From the NCBI GenBank assembly GCA_963841735.1, contig CAWJDT010000001.1, positions 1,376,001 to 1,440,000 of the forward strand: DNA of 64,000 nucleotides, written 5' to 3'. Source of the DNA: an uncultured Actinomycetes bacterium (GTDB lineage: Bacteria; Actinomycetota; Thermoleophilia; RBG-16-64-13). Of the stretch, positions 10,298-20,491 are shown in pieces (the first letter of the stretch is position 1; each line of letters starts with the position of its first letter). Under the pieces are notes generated by a model. The model did not search any database and was not told where the DNA came from. It was given only the letters and a program-made list of their open reading frames with translations. A program made the translations under genes and the position numbers.

Positions 10298-11320
10298 ATG
10301 AGAAAGATAGACTTCGAGACCCACTTCGCCACTCAAGCCTGGGTGGACGCCCTGCACGCCAACGAGGGCTACCCGCGCTTCGAGCGGGACAGGGAGACCA
10401 AAGTCCTGCGCCTTTGCTATCAGCCTGTCGCCGCTGAACCCTATGGGGACGCTCTGGTGGAGAAGCTGCTTGACCTGGGCAAAGGGAGGCTGGAGCGGAT
10501 GGACGCCGCCGGTATCAATCTGGCCGTTCTCTCGCTGGTCGCTCCGGGAGTTGAACAGTTCGAGCGCGGCTTGGCGGTCGGAATGGCCCGCGATTCCAAC
10601 GACATCCTCGCCGAGGCCGTCGCCAACAACCCCGGACGCTACCAGGGCTACGCCGCTCTTGCGGTACAAGATGTGGATGCCTCAGTCAAGGAACTGGAGC
10701 GGGCCGTCAAGGAATTGGGGTTCAAGGGCTGGAAGACGCACTGCAACTACAGTGATTCATATTTGGATAACAAGCGCTACTGGCCCATCCTTGCGAAGGC
10801 CGAGGAGCTGGGTGCCACCATCTACCTGCATCCCACCGTGCCTATCATCCCCGACTTCTGGACATACGGCATCGCTCTGGCCGGGCCGCCCTTTGGTTTC
10901 GGTGTCGCGACCGAGCTGGCCATGCTGCGTCTGGTGTTGAGTGGCGTTTTTGACGCCTTTCCCGGGCTGAAGATCGCCCTCGGGCATTACGGCGAGGGGC
11001 TGCCCTTTCTCATGGAGCGCATCGATTGGGCCTTCGTGTCGCCGCACGTCAAGTCGGACAAGGGTGCGCTGGTCGATATCAAGAAGAAGCCCAGCCAATA
11101 CCTGCACGAGAACATGGTTGTGAGTACCAGCGGCAACTACCTGCCGGCGGCTTTCAAGTGCACTCGGGAAGCTCTGGGCATGGACAAGATCCTTCTGGGC
11201 ACCGACTACCCGTTCCAGGACATGGTGGCGAGCTTGGACTATCTCGAGGGACTCGGTATGACGGCCGAGGAGAAGGACATGCTCTACGGCGGCAATGCGG
11301 AGGCCATGGGACTCGTATAG
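10298..11320 (+). CDS. Amidohydrolase family 2 protein (aromatic-acid decarboxylase/ACMSD-like)
   Basis: IDFETH, RL..MD.AGI, IYLHP, GH.GE.LPF...R, GTDYPF. Confidence 0.9.
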   Translation: MRKIDFETHFATQAWVDALHANEGYPRFERDRETKVLRLCYQPVAAEPYGDALVEKLLDLGKGRLERMDAAGINLAVLSLVAPGVEQFERGLAVGMARDSNDILAEAVANNPGRYQGYAALAVQDVDASVKELERAVKELGFKGWKTHCNYSDSYLDNKRYWPILAKAEELGATIYLHPTVPIIPDFWTYGIALAGPPFGFGVATELAMLRLVLSGVFDAFPGLKIALGHYGEGLPFLMERIDWAFVSPHVKSDKGALVDIKKKPSQYLHENMVVSTSGNYLPAAFKCTREALGMDKILLGTDYPFQDMVASLDYLEGLGMTAEEKDMLYGGNAEAMGLV

Positions 11321-11346
11321 AGCGGACACGGAGAAGGAGACAGGCT

Positions 11347-11700
11347 ATGAGCAGATTGGTGGATGTAGGAGCGGTTGGGGATCTGGTCAGTGGGACCATG
11401 AAGGCCATTACAGTGGAGGCGCGGGAGCTGCTTCTGGCGCGAGTGGGAGATGAATACTACGCCGTCGACGATCTCTGCCCGCATATGGACGCCCGGCTCT
11501 CGCGGGGCAGTCTACAGGGAGCCGTCGTGGTCTGCCCAAAACACGGCTCGCGTTTTGACCTGAGCGACGGCCGGGTGGTCCAGTGGACGGAATGGTCCGG
11601 TGTCAAGTTGAGCCTGGCCAAGGCTCTGAAGTCCCCGCGGCCACTCAAGACCTATCCCGTGCGCTTGCAGGAAGGACGGCTTCTGGTCGAGCTGGACTGA
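11347..11700 (+). CDS. Rieske [2Fe-2S] ferredoxin
   Basis: CPH...CPKHGSRFD..DG; AGGAGA RBS before ATG 11347. Confidence 0.9.
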   Translation: MSRLVDVGAVGDLVSGTMKAITVEARELLLARVGDEYYAVDDLCPHMDARLSRGSLQGAVVVCPKHGSRFDLSDGRVVQWTEWSGVKLSLAKALKSPRPLKTYPVRLQEGRLLVELD

Positions 11701-11777
11701 GTCGCTTAACGGGGACTTTATTCGTCGCCGTGTAGACTCGCGGCAAGAATCGAAAGGCGATACCGTCGCCCAGAAGA

Positions 11778-12107
11778 GTGATGGGAGATGCGATGTTGGG
11801 TTTAGAGCGCGGACTGATGCAATTTGGCGGGGAGCGCGTGCTTGGGATTGGCGGCGACCACGAACCGCTTCAGATCTTGTGTATGGTTCTCGGCCTGATT
11901 CTGTGGGCGCTTGTAGTGACCACCTTGGTGTTGTTGATCATCAAATTGGTGCGGCACCTCCGGACCCCCGGGTCCTCAGCGGCGGCCCTGCCCGCGGCGA
12001 GCGGAGATCCGGCTGCCCTGAAGATCCTCGAGGAGCGCTATGCCCGCGGGGAGATCGATCAGGCAGATTATCTGGCGCGCAAGAAAGACTTGACCGGCCT
12101 GTCCTAG
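11778..12107 (+). CDS. SHOCT-domain membrane protein
   Basis: One TM, then AL.IL.ERYARGEID..Y..RK..L; start uncertain. Confidence 0.8.
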   Translation: MMGDAMLGLERGLMQFGGERVLGIGGDHEPLQILCMVLGLILWALVVTTLVLLIIKLVRHLRTPGSSAAALPAASGDPAALKILEERYARGEIDQADYLARKKDLTGLS

Positions 12108-12153
12108 GCACCCTCCCTGCCGCGGCCGCCCGGCGCGACGCGGAACCCCCGAT

Positions 12154-12195
12154 ACGCTCCGTGAGGGCAACCCTCCCGCCCTCACGGAGCGTTTG
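12154..12195 (+). terminator. Hairpin/probable terminator after the SHOCT gene
   Basis: Perfect 15-bp stem ACGCTCCGTGAGGGC / GCCCTCACGGAGCGT, 9-nt loop, short T tail. Confidence 0.6.
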
Positions 12196-12222
12196 CTATG
12201 AGGATGGTGTAGACTTCTGCCC

Positions 12223-14511
12223 ATGAAGAGTTATGGCGCGCTGTATCGGCGCCGAGACCCTCACCAGATGAACGACAGCCGGGGCGTACGCCGCTCCATT
12301 GGCTTTGTAGTTGCCGTGATCGCTGCAGCGATCGCTATCGGCTTCGTGATTCTCCCTGCCTCCTCCGCTTCCGCGGGCAACTTCGTCTTCTACGGCCGGG
12401 GCAACGGGCACGCCGTGGGTTTCAGCCAGTGGGGAGCGTGGGGAGGGGCCAGGGAAGGCCACACCTACAATGAGATTCTGGCTTTCTACTACCCCGGGAC
12501 CACGCTGCAAACGGTCAGCCCCTCCCAGAATGTGCTGACGGTGCGGATTTCGAGTAACCCGTACGGCTCCAGCAGCAGCCCCACCTATACGACTGTCGAC
12601 CTAAAGCCTACTGTATCCGCTGCGACTCTGCGAAAGTACACTTCCGCCACAGCCTTCACCACCGAAGATGTAGCCGTGGGCGTGCTCGTCAATACGGTGT
12701 GCAGCGCGGGCCACGTCATGGTGACCGTAGGGCCCGGGACTTCGCAGGGTCCATACGACAAGGTCGAGCTGGTGCCGGGTGGTACCGGTGACTCAGAGGG
12801 TCGGGTCTTTGTTCCAACCGTCCAGTCTTCTAATCACGGAGAGTTTTGGGGCACCGTGCTTGTCCGACCCGCTTCTTCGACCTCGTTGCTGATCGAGAAC
12901 TTGGTGCAGGTGGATCACTACGCCGCCGGTGTAGGCGAAGTCATATCCGACTGGGCTCGAAGCGACATGCCCGAGTGGTACGCGCTGGAGGCGGTCAAAG
13001 CTGAGGCGGTGGCCGCTCGCTCCTACGCTTTGGCAAAAGATGCGTCGGGCACGCTCTACGACAATGCTAACGACATCTGCTACTGGGGCTACACGTTCGA
13101 ACACAAGTATTCCGGGCTCACCCAGGCAGCCGCGGAGACTGCCGGCAAGATCCTGACCTATGGCGGCAATCCTATCTGGTCCTACGCTTCGGCCCACTCC
13201 GGTGGCTACACGACCGCTGTCGGTTTCTCATTGCCCTATATCGTCGCGCAGGCGGATCCTTGGAGTGCGGCGGCGCCTACGGCTCACCCCTCCTACCCAG
13301 GGCCGGGATGGCCATGGTCGCACACCTACACGGCGGCTGATCTCTCCGCTCAGGTCAACGGCCACATCACCAACCTCAGCACCGGCAGCACCGTGAACGT
13401 GGGCACGCTCCTCAGGATCACAGTCGCCTCCTACGAGAAGGCCTCCGACCCTGCGAGCCGTCCTCTCACCCTGTATCTGGTCGGGAGCACCGGAACGGCG
13501 ACCGTCAGCTTCAAGACCTTCGGGAATCTTCTTGGTTGGTCGACCATTCAAAGGTACGTCTACAGCATCACCAGCCCCGCCGTCACCACGGTACCTTGCG
13601 TCACCATCAGGGGCGCCGAACGCTTTGATACCGCCATCCGTGTCTCGCAGGCTATGTTCCCCGGACCCCTTCCTTCCGGTTCGGGCGTGGTCCTTGCCCC
13701 CGGCGAGACCTTCCCCGAAGCCCTCTGCGGGGCTCCGCTGGCCGCCGCCTATGGTGGCCCGGTGCTGCTCAACTCGCCCACGCTTCTCTTTGGATACGTG
13801 CGGGATGAGCTTGTCCGTCTGGCTCCAGACTATGTTTTCTGCATCGGCCTCTCGAGCGCGGTGGCCGCAGCCGTCAAGGCGGAGCTACCTGGCACAAACG
13901 TCATTACCATCAACGGTAGCGATGTCTACGACATGAGCTACCGGGTGGCTAAAGCCCTGCAGCAAAAAGTGGGCGACCTCACCGGTGCTACCGCTATCAT
14001 CACCATAGGCACCAACTTCCCCGATGCCCTGGGGGTCTCTCCGCTGGCCTGTGCCAAGCTGTGGCCCATACTCTTGACCGAACCCGGCACCGCGCGTGTG
14101 CCGGTGCCGTCCCTTAACCCCAAAGCCGGCCAGGCTCTATCTGAGCTAGGCATCACCCAGGTCATCAAGGTGGGCACCTACGTCACCACGGCGCCTGCGA
14201 TCAAGTACTACAACCTCTCCGGAGCCGATCGCTACTACACCAATGTAAATGTAGCCAAATGGGCCCAGGCCTGTGCCGGTCTGACCTATGATCATCTGGG
14301 CATCGCCACCGGAGACAAGTTCCCGGATGCTCTCGCTGCCGGGCCCTATATGGCGCGTGACCACGGCATACTGCTTATCAGCCCGCTCAACGGCGCCTTG
14401 CCCTCGGGCATCGCGGCCGAGATCTCCGCCAACGCCGCCGCTATCGACAAGGTGACCTTCTTTGCGATGATCGAGCCTGTGACCAGCCAGGTCCGGGCCC
14501 TTCTGCCGTAG
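12223..14511 (+). CDS. SpoIID/LytB-domain cell-wall protein with three cell-wall-binding repeat 2 (CWB2) motifs
   Basis: G.G.GH.VGFSQWGA, EAVKAEAVAARSYA, G.ERFDTA, FPEAL/FPDAL x3; signal/TM segment; TAGACT 7 nt upstream suggests a leaderless start. Confidence 0.85.
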   Translation: MKSYGALYRRRDPHQMNDSRGVRRSIGFVVAVIAAAIAIGFVILPASSASAGNFVFYGRGNGHAVGFSQWGAWGGAREGHTYNEILAFYYPGTTLQTVSPSQNVLTVRISSNPYGSSSSPTYTTVDLKPTVSAATLRKYTSATAFTTEDVAVGVLVNTVCSAGHVMVTVGPGTSQGPYDKVELVPGGTGDSEGRVFVPTVQSSNHGEFWGTVLVRPASSTSLLIENLVQVDHYAAGVGEVISDWARSDMPEWYALEAVKAEAVAARSYALAKDASGTLYDNANDICYWGYTFEHKYSGLTQAAAETAGKILTYGGNPIWSYASAHSGGYTTAVGFSLPYIVAQADPWSAAAPTAHPSYPGPGWPWSHTYTAADLSAQVNGHITNLSTGSTVNVGTLLRITVASYEKASDPASRPLTLYLVGSTGTATVSFKTFGNLLGWSTIQRYVYSITSPAVTTVPCVTIRGAERFDTAIRVSQAMFPGPLPSGSGVVLAPGETFPEALCGAPLAAAYGGPVLLNSPTLLFGYVRDELVRLAPDYVFCIGLSSAVAAAVKAELPGTNVITINGSDVYDMSYRVAKALQQKVGDLTGATAIITIGTNFPDALGVSPLACAKLWPILLTEPGTARVPVPSLNPKAGQALSELGITQVIKVGTYVTTAPAIKYYNLSGADRYYTNVNVAKWAQACAGLTYDHLGIATGDKFPDALAAGPYMARDHGILLISPLNGALPSGIAAEISANAAAIDKVTFFAMIEPVTSQVRALLP

Positions 14512-14568
14512 AATCCTATTTGAGGGACGCCTTGTCGCGTCCGCATCGGTGATCGGGGAGGTTGTCTC

Positions 14569-16818
14569 GTGAAGAAGTCTCACGAACCAAAGGCACGGCG
14601 TTCGGCGATGGCGTTGGTGATGCTCTTTGCGGGAGTGTTACTGGGCTGCTTGGCCCCGGGCGGCTGGATGCTTCCCGGCACTGCCCGGGCCGCCGGCAAC
14701 CAGACCTTCGTCTTCGAGGGTAACGGCTACGGCCACGGGGCCGGCATGAGCCAGTGGGGCGCATGGCAGAAGGCCCGCGACGGCGAGACCTGGGCGCAGA
14801 TAGTGGCCTTCTACTATCCCAACACCACGGTGGTCGACAACGCCAACATCGAGATAAAGGTCAAGATCTCACCGTCGGTAACCAGTTGGGCTCAGGAGTA
14901 CTCGGAGGTGCAGCTCACCGGCACCGACTTGAGCAGCGCGGCGGCTCCCATGACCCTGATAGCCCATGACGCGGCCGGTGACCATACCCAGGAGATCGCC
15001 GCGGGGTTCTTCTGCGTCATCGTTCGGCGCGAGGACGGCAATGTGTACGTGACTACACCGGCCGGCGAGGAGGGCCCCTTCGACTGGGTGAAGGGGGTTC
15101 CGACTCTGGACGGCGGAGGCAACGAAGGCCGCATCAAGATCAGACTCCGTACCGTTTCGGGACTGCAGGCTGCCAAGGAATACTGGGGCAGTATGCAGGT
15201 GGCCAAGGCAGCGGCTGCCGGATACCTCAACGTCTACAACTACGTGCTCCTGGAGAAGTACACCCGCAGCATCGCCGAGGTCGATCCCGCTTGGGCCAAA
15301 GCGAGCGTGCCGGCATCGTATGCCCCGGAGGCGGTCAAGGCCCAAGCGGTGGCCGCCCGCACCTGGGGGGTGTACAAGCAGACGGGGTACGGATGGTTGA
15401 ACGACAACACCAAGGACGTTGCCTACGCCGGGTATACCTGGGAGGCGAACAACCCGGGTGTCGCGCAGGCCGCGGCAGACACGGCCGGCAAGGTGCTTTT
15501 CTACAACGGCAAGGCCATATCGTCCAGCTTCTCTGCCCATTCCGGCGGATACACATCGGCGAACCCCTGGGGATACTCCACTCCGGCCTACTGGCGGGTG
15601 GGCCCCGACCCGGCCAGTCTGAAGGCGCCTCCCTGGCGGCCGGCTTACTCCTGGAAGTGCTCGGTGTCGGTTGCCGCTCTCTCCACCGCCGTCAACAACT
15701 ACTTGAGCGGCCAAGGAGGCAGCAACCTAGGCAGCATCTACCGGGTGCGCATAGCCTCCCGGGACGTGCCCTCCGACCCCGCCAGCCACGCCCGCACTGT
15801 AGAGTTGGTGGGGACTCTGGGCACCACGACCATGCAGGCGGAGACCTTCCGGTATCTCATTCCCACCGACCCGGCCACCGGCGACAACGTCCGGTCGACG
15901 CTCTTCACCAAGATCGTCAACCCCTATGACACCTACGTCGGGGTGGACCGCTACGAGACCGCCCTCATGCTCTCGCGGGCCGGTTTTCCCAGCGGTGCCC
16001 CTGCTGCGGTGCTGGTCTCGGGCACCGACTTTCCCGACGCTCTGGTGGGAGCGCCTCTCGCTGGAGCTTATGACTCTCCGCTTCTGCTGACTCCTCCCAC
16101 CATTCTGCCGAGTAATGTCGCGGCGGAGCTGAAGCGGCTCAATCCGGCCAAAGTGTTCATCATAGGATTGCCGGCGAGTTTCGTGGGCAAAGTCAAGGCG
16201 GCTGTGCCCGGATTGGGCGCGGGGCAGGCGGTGCTGCTTTCGGGAAGCACCCGCTACCACACCGCCGCCCTCGTCGCGCAGGTGATGAAGGCCAAGCTCG
16301 GTAGCATCTCTGGGGTGATCATCGCCCCCGGCGACAAGTTCCCGGACGGGTTGGCGGCCGCTCCTTTGGGGGCCATCAAGGGCTGGCCCATCCTACTCAC
16401 CCCTGCCTTTGGTCCCTTTCCCAAGGTCTCAGCCGACGCCATTGTCGCTCTGGGTGTGAGTACCGGCATCGAAGTCGGCAGCTACGTGAATCCGGGTGTG
16501 CCGGGCTTCACCGTGATCGCGCGTTTCGCCGGAGTCGACCGCTACGACACCTGCGCGCGGATCGTGGAGTATGGTCTCAAGCAGGGACTGAACTTCTCCC
16601 ATCTGGCTGTCACTACCGGTGAGAAATTCCCCGACGCCCTCGCCTCGGGACCATATCTGGCGCTTGATGGCGGCACGCTGCTGCTGACGCCGGCCAGCGG
16701 CGCATCGCTCTATACTGCGGCAAGCCTCGCGGCCCACAAGGCTGAGATCGACCGGCTGGACTTCATCGGGCTGGGTGGCACTGCCATTCGACAGATCGTG
16801 GACCTCGTCAGTCGGTAA
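14569..16818 (+). CDS. SpoIID/LytB-domain cell-wall protein with CWB2 repeats (paralog of upstream gene)
   Basis: GNGYGHGAGMSQWGA, EAVKAQAVAART, G.DRYETA, FPDAL/FPDGL x3; signal peptide. Confidence 0.85.
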   Translation: MKKSHEPKARRSAMALVMLFAGVLLGCLAPGGWMLPGTARAAGNQTFVFEGNGYGHGAGMSQWGAWQKARDGETWAQIVAFYYPNTTVVDNANIEIKVKISPSVTSWAQEYSEVQLTGTDLSSAAAPMTLIAHDAAGDHTQEIAAGFFCVIVRREDGNVYVTTPAGEEGPFDWVKGVPTLDGGGNEGRIKIRLRTVSGLQAAKEYWGSMQVAKAAAAGYLNVYNYVLLEKYTRSIAEVDPAWAKASVPASYAPEAVKAQAVAARTWGVYKQTGYGWLNDNTKDVAYAGYTWEANNPGVAQAAADTAGKVLFYNGKAISSSFSAHSGGYTSANPWGYSTPAYWRVGPDPASLKAPPWRPAYSWKCSVSVAALSTAVNNYLSGQGGSNLGSIYRVRIASRDVPSDPASHARTVELVGTLGTTTMQAETFRYLIPTDPATGDNVRSTLFTKIVNPYDTYVGVDRYETALMLSRAGFPSGAPAAVLVSGTDFPDALVGAPLAGAYDSPLLLTPPTILPSNVAAELKRLNPAKVFIIGLPASFVGKVKAAVPGLGAGQAVLLSGSTRYHTAALVAQVMKAKLGSISGVIIAPGDKFPDGLAAAPLGAIKGWPILLTPAFGPFPKVSADAIVALGVSTGIEVGSYVNPGVPGFTVIARFAGVDRYDTCARIVEYGLKQGLNFSHLAVTTGEKFPDALASGPYLALDGGTLLLTPASGASLYTAASLAAHKAEIDRLDFIGLGGTAIRQIVDLVSR

Positions 16819-16841
16819 CGCTGGGAGGGGCTCTTCGACGT
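16815..16841 (+). promoter_or_regulatory. Candidate ECF autoregulatory promoter GTAAC-N17-GACGT
   Basis: Same motif and spacing found upstream of the paralogous ECF at 35683-35709. Confidence 0.55.
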
Positions 16842-16977
16842 GTAGTGGGAGAGCGGGCGCAATCGGGGAGCAAACGAGGGGGCGGCTACGCGATCCACCA
16901 CTTGGCCAGGTGATTCCGCCGGGGTAGATGTCTCGCTGGCTGCGCGCGGCTCCGAGTGGGCCGATAGCTACGAGCAT

Positions 16978-17436
16978 GTGGTCAGCAACAAGGCAGAGCG
17001 GCTGGTCCGCAGTCTTGCCGTGATCTTCCTCGATCGCGAACTGGCGGCGGACGCAGCCCAGGAGGCCTTCGTCCAGCTCTATCTCCATTGGGATGAGGTC
17101 ATCAAGGGCGGCGACCCGGAACCCTGGCTCTACCGGGTGGCTGTGAATCGGGGCAAGGACTACCGGAGAGCCATGGCTCGGGCCGCGCGGCTCTTTCAGC
17201 GTCTGGCCGACACCGCCGACCTGCGCCCGGTCGCACCGGAGTGGGAGCCACGAGCCGAGTTCATGAGCGTTCTCGGTCGTCTGCCGGCCCGCCAGCGAAC
17301 GGCGGCCGCTCTCTACTACGACGCCGACTTCTCGGTGGCCGAGATCGCCGCTGTCATGGGGATCTCCACCGGTTCGGTCAACAGTCACCTGCATCGGGCA
17401 CGCCAAGCTTTGAAAAGCATTTTGGAGGCGGAGTGA
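16978..17436 (+). CDS. ECF RNA polymerase sigma-70 factor
   Basis: Region 2 (A.DAAQEAF..L...W, WLYRVA.N) and region 4 (LP.RQR....LYY..FS..EIA..MG...GSV.S.LHRAR); true start may be slightly upstream. Confidence 0.9.
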   Translation: MVSNKAERLVRSLAVIFLDRELAADAAQEAFVQLYLHWDEVIKGGDPEPWLYRVAVNRGKDYRRAMARAARLFQRLADTADLRPVAPEWEPRAEFMSVLGRLPARQRTAAALYYDADFSVAEIAAVMGISTGSVNSHLHRARQALKSILEAE

Positions 17437-20411
17437 TGGACAGCAGACGGGTCGACGGACAGGCTGACGACAAGATCCGCGGGCTCTACCGCGAGAGCGC
17501 GCTACGGGCAGACACGGCCGTCTTCAGCGATAGGTTGCGGGTGAGATTGGCCGCGCAGCGGCCGCGCCGGGCGGCGGCGCTGCGGCGGGGTGCGGAGCGG
17601 GGGAGACCGGCAGGTTGGCGGTCGCGGCTGCGTGGCAGACCGTGGCGGTTGACGCTGGTCGCGACCGCGGGTGTCGTGGTACTCGGTGCGGTGGGCTTCG
17701 GTGTGTACGGAGTCGTGGAGCGCCTGGACCGCGATGAGCCCATGCTCGTCATCGGCGACGACAGCATGCTGGGCTCAACCGCGGTGCCCTCGGCTTACGA
17801 CGCTGTCTTGCCTTCAGGTGTGTCGGCGGTGGTGGGAACGTCGGGGTCGTCGCTGTGGTGCGTATCCCGGGTGTTCGGGTTCGCCACCGTGGAGGTTGAC
17901 GCTTCTCCGGTGCTTGCGGCCACGGGGACCATGGGCGACTTGGTGGCCTTCACCACCGAAGCCTCCGGAGCGGGTGACGTCTCTGTCTGGGATGTCTCGG
18001 AAACGGGTGCGGATACGGCTATCGCCACTCTTGCCGTGGGCGATCCCTCGCAGCCCATCGCGGCGATGGCGATGTCGCCGGATGGGACCATGCTCGCGGT
18101 GGCGCGTGTCGCGGTGACATCGACCGACGGCTCGTCTTGGATCGGGCGCCTGTACATGGTCGATCTGGTCACGGGCACCGCCGCGGAGTGGCAGTGGCCC
18201 GATGGGGAGGCCCCTCCGGCCGGGGCTATGCTCGATGGCTTGGTGTGGAGCCCGACCTCCGATCTCTTCTATGTGTCGTTCGAGCCGGTTCTGGAAGGCC
18301 CGGCCTTGGGCGGGAGCGCTCTCACCTACGTCTGTGAGCCTGCTACCGGCACGAGCACCGGGGCAGGGAGCCTGCGGACGGTGCGGGATGCCAACGCCAA
18401 CCGTGATGTCGTCTGGCTCCACCTCGGAACCGAAGGTATGGCCTCGAGCTACTACGCGTACCCCTCGCTCACCATCTTGCGTGACGGGCAACTGTCCACC
18501 ATGGAGCGGACGACTCGGAGCACCGTCGGTCCATTGTTCATCTCGGCCGACGGGGAGAGCGTGGTTCTGCAGGAGGACGCCTACGATGAGTCCGGTCAGG
18601 CGCAGAACCTTCTCGAGGTCATCCGTCACGGGGACGAAGGCTGGGCCGCAGCTCAGGTGGTAGCCCCGGCCTCTCTGCCGCACCTGACCAGTCTGGGTTT
18701 TGCCGGCGGGGACCGGTTCTATTTCGCTGCCGGCCCGAGCGTTGAGAATGACGGCTCCGCCACTCATTGGCAGCTTGGCGTGCTTGATCCGGTCACCGGC
18801 GACTATCAGATGCAGGCCGAGCTGCCGGTCGAGGGCAGCTCGCGGGTGGTCGGGCTGTGGACGCAGCCCTCGACACCGGAGGAGACGCCCGGTGACACGA
18901 GCACCACTATCCCGGCGACGACCACGACCTCGGAGCAGTCCTCGGCGCCGGCGCCGGTTACTTCGACGGCTTCTCTGCCGCTCAGCGAGGCGGCCGGCAC
19001 CACCGTCTTCAGCGCGGGCTGGGGCAGCGGACCGGGTCAGTTCGGCATAGACACGGCCTCGGGCGACTGGCTCTCCAGTCGGGGGCCGTCGGCCTTGTGG
19101 GTGACTGCCGACGAGCGGCTGTACATCCTCGATCCATCGAACCATCGTGTGCAGGTTGTCGGCTCGGATGGCACGGTGGGATCCGCCATACGCATCGACA
19201 TGGAGTATCCAATAGATGTCGCGGCGGCGGCCGATGGGACGGTGCTGGTATTGGGCCACATTCCCGACCCGGACGACGCCTCCCTGATCGTCGAGATCAT
19301 CCAGGCCTACAGCCCGGCTGGGGAGAAGCTGGGTGAATTCGCCGCGGCGTTCGATGGCGCCTGGCCGGTGGAGTTCAACGCCGACGAATCCACTGTCTAC
19401 TGCGCGTTTCAGCGCGACGTGGGCCAGGACGCCACCGACGCCCCGCTCACGGTCACCAAGTACGTCCCGGTGTACCGAGACGGGGAGTTGCTCGATCCTG
19501 CCTCCGGTTGGGAGACGGCCTCGTACGATCAACCCTTGGGCAACGGGCTGAGCCTGCGGGTGGGCGATCATCCCCCCGGAGAGGGAGCGGCCTCGGAGTC
19601 CATAGGCAACATCCACGTCTATTCCGGCGATCAGCCGGTGTTCTCCTCGGATCTGACGCCGGCCGACTACGGGGCGGTCACGGGTTTGGCCACCGATGCG
19701 GGTGAGGTTCTTGTGGCCAGGCGGTGGATCGTCTCGGATGATATGGACGGGACGCACATGGCCCATGCGGTGTGGGTGTACTCTCCCGCGGGGACTCCCA
19801 TTCAGCGCGTGGAGGTGCTTCAGCCGCTGCTGGGCACCTCAGATAGCAGCGGAGGCTCTCGCTCCCGGCTGTGCCGCAGCGGTGCGCTCTTCGTGCTCAC
19901 CACGACTGCCGGCGGGGTGAAGGTGCTCCGCTACGACCTGGGCGGGGGAGGCGTGTCGCAGCTCGCCACTCTTGCCGAACCGATGCCCGCCGACTTCGGC
20001 CTGGTGGCCAAGTACGGGTGGGGTGGCAGAGACGTCATCGACACGGTAGCGGGCACCGTCGTCAAGGACCTGATCGACGACGGCACCGTCGGCGCCCAGC
20101 TCAGTCTGACCAGCGCGGATTTGCAGGAGCTCTACCGCGGGCTCATCGACCTGGACATCCTTGGCTATCCGTCGCACTTTCAGCCGGCGCCCGGCGCTTC
20201 GGCGGCCGGCGGCGCGCGGGCGGAGTACTACTTGGAGATCAGGATGGGGGGTTTGGTGACCAAGTTCGTTATTTGGCAGGACCTCAATGGTTCGATCCAG
20301 CCGGAGGCGGTGGCTCTGCGCGAGTGGTTCGCCGAACTGCAACGGATGATCGAGGCCAAGCCCGAGTGGAAGGCGTTGCCTCCGGCAGTGGGCGTACGCG
20401 AGCAGGGCTAG
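17436..20411 (+). CDS. Putative anti-sigma factor: single-TM protein with large extracellular beta-propeller/NHL-like domains
   Basis: TGATG-coupled to the ECF; Arg-rich cytoplasmic part, TM, SPDG/WSP propeller motifs, Thr-rich linker, GWGSGPGQFG...GP..L.V....LYILD..NHRVQ NHL-like repeat. Confidence 0.65.
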   Translation: MDSRRVDGQADDKIRGLYRESALRADTAVFSDRLRVRLAAQRPRRAAALRRGAERGRPAGWRSRLRGRPWRLTLVATAGVVVLGAVGFGVYGVVERLDRDEPMLVIGDDSMLGSTAVPSAYDAVLPSGVSAVVGTSGSSLWCVSRVFGFATVEVDASPVLAATGTMGDLVAFTTEASGAGDVSVWDVSETGADTAIATLAVGDPSQPIAAMAMSPDGTMLAVARVAVTSTDGSSWIGRLYMVDLVTGTAAEWQWPDGEAPPAGAMLDGLVWSPTSDLFYVSFEPVLEGPALGGSALTYVCEPATGTSTGAGSLRTVRDANANRDVVWLHLGTEGMASSYYAYPSLTILRDGQLSTMERTTRSTVGPLFISADGESVVLQEDAYDESGQAQNLLEVIRHGDEGWAAAQVVAPASLPHLTSLGFAGGDRFYFAAGPSVENDGSATHWQLGVLDPVTGDYQMQAELPVEGSSRVVGLWTQPSTPEETPGDTSTTIPATTTTSEQSSAPAPVTSTASLPLSEAAGTTVFSAGWGSGPGQFGIDTASGDWLSSRGPSALWVTADERLYILDPSNHRVQVVGSDGTVGSAIRIDMEYPIDVAAAADGTVLVLGHIPDPDDASLIVEIIQAYSPAGEKLGEFAAAFDGAWPVEFNADESTVYCAFQRDVGQDATDAPLTVTKYVPVYRDGELLDPASGWETASYDQPLGNGLSLRVGDHPPGEGAASESIGNIHVYSGDQPVFSSDLTPADYGAVTGLATDAGEVLVARRWIVSDDMDGTHMAHAVWVYSPAGTPIQRVEVLQPLLGTSDSSGGSRSRLCRSGALFVLTTTAGGVKVLRYDLGGGGVSQLATLAEPMPADFGLVAKYGWGGRDVIDTVAGTVVKDLIDDGTVGAQLSLTSADLQELYRGLIDLDILGYPSHFQPAPGASAAGGARAEYYLEIRMGGLVTKFVIWQDLNGSIQPEAVALREWFAELQRMIEAKPEWKALPPAVGVREQG

Positions 20412-20491
20412 GAGGCTGACTGGGGGAGGAAGGCGCGGTGCAGGCACGCAGCCCCTTCCCGCTACCCGTTGGACCCTCTAGACTGTCTGAC

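Noticed and set aside
17814-19766. Long antisense ORFs (also 54300-56123, 38751-40172 and others)
   Set aside because: Shadow frames of high-GC coding genes; Arg/Gly/His-rich with no motifs
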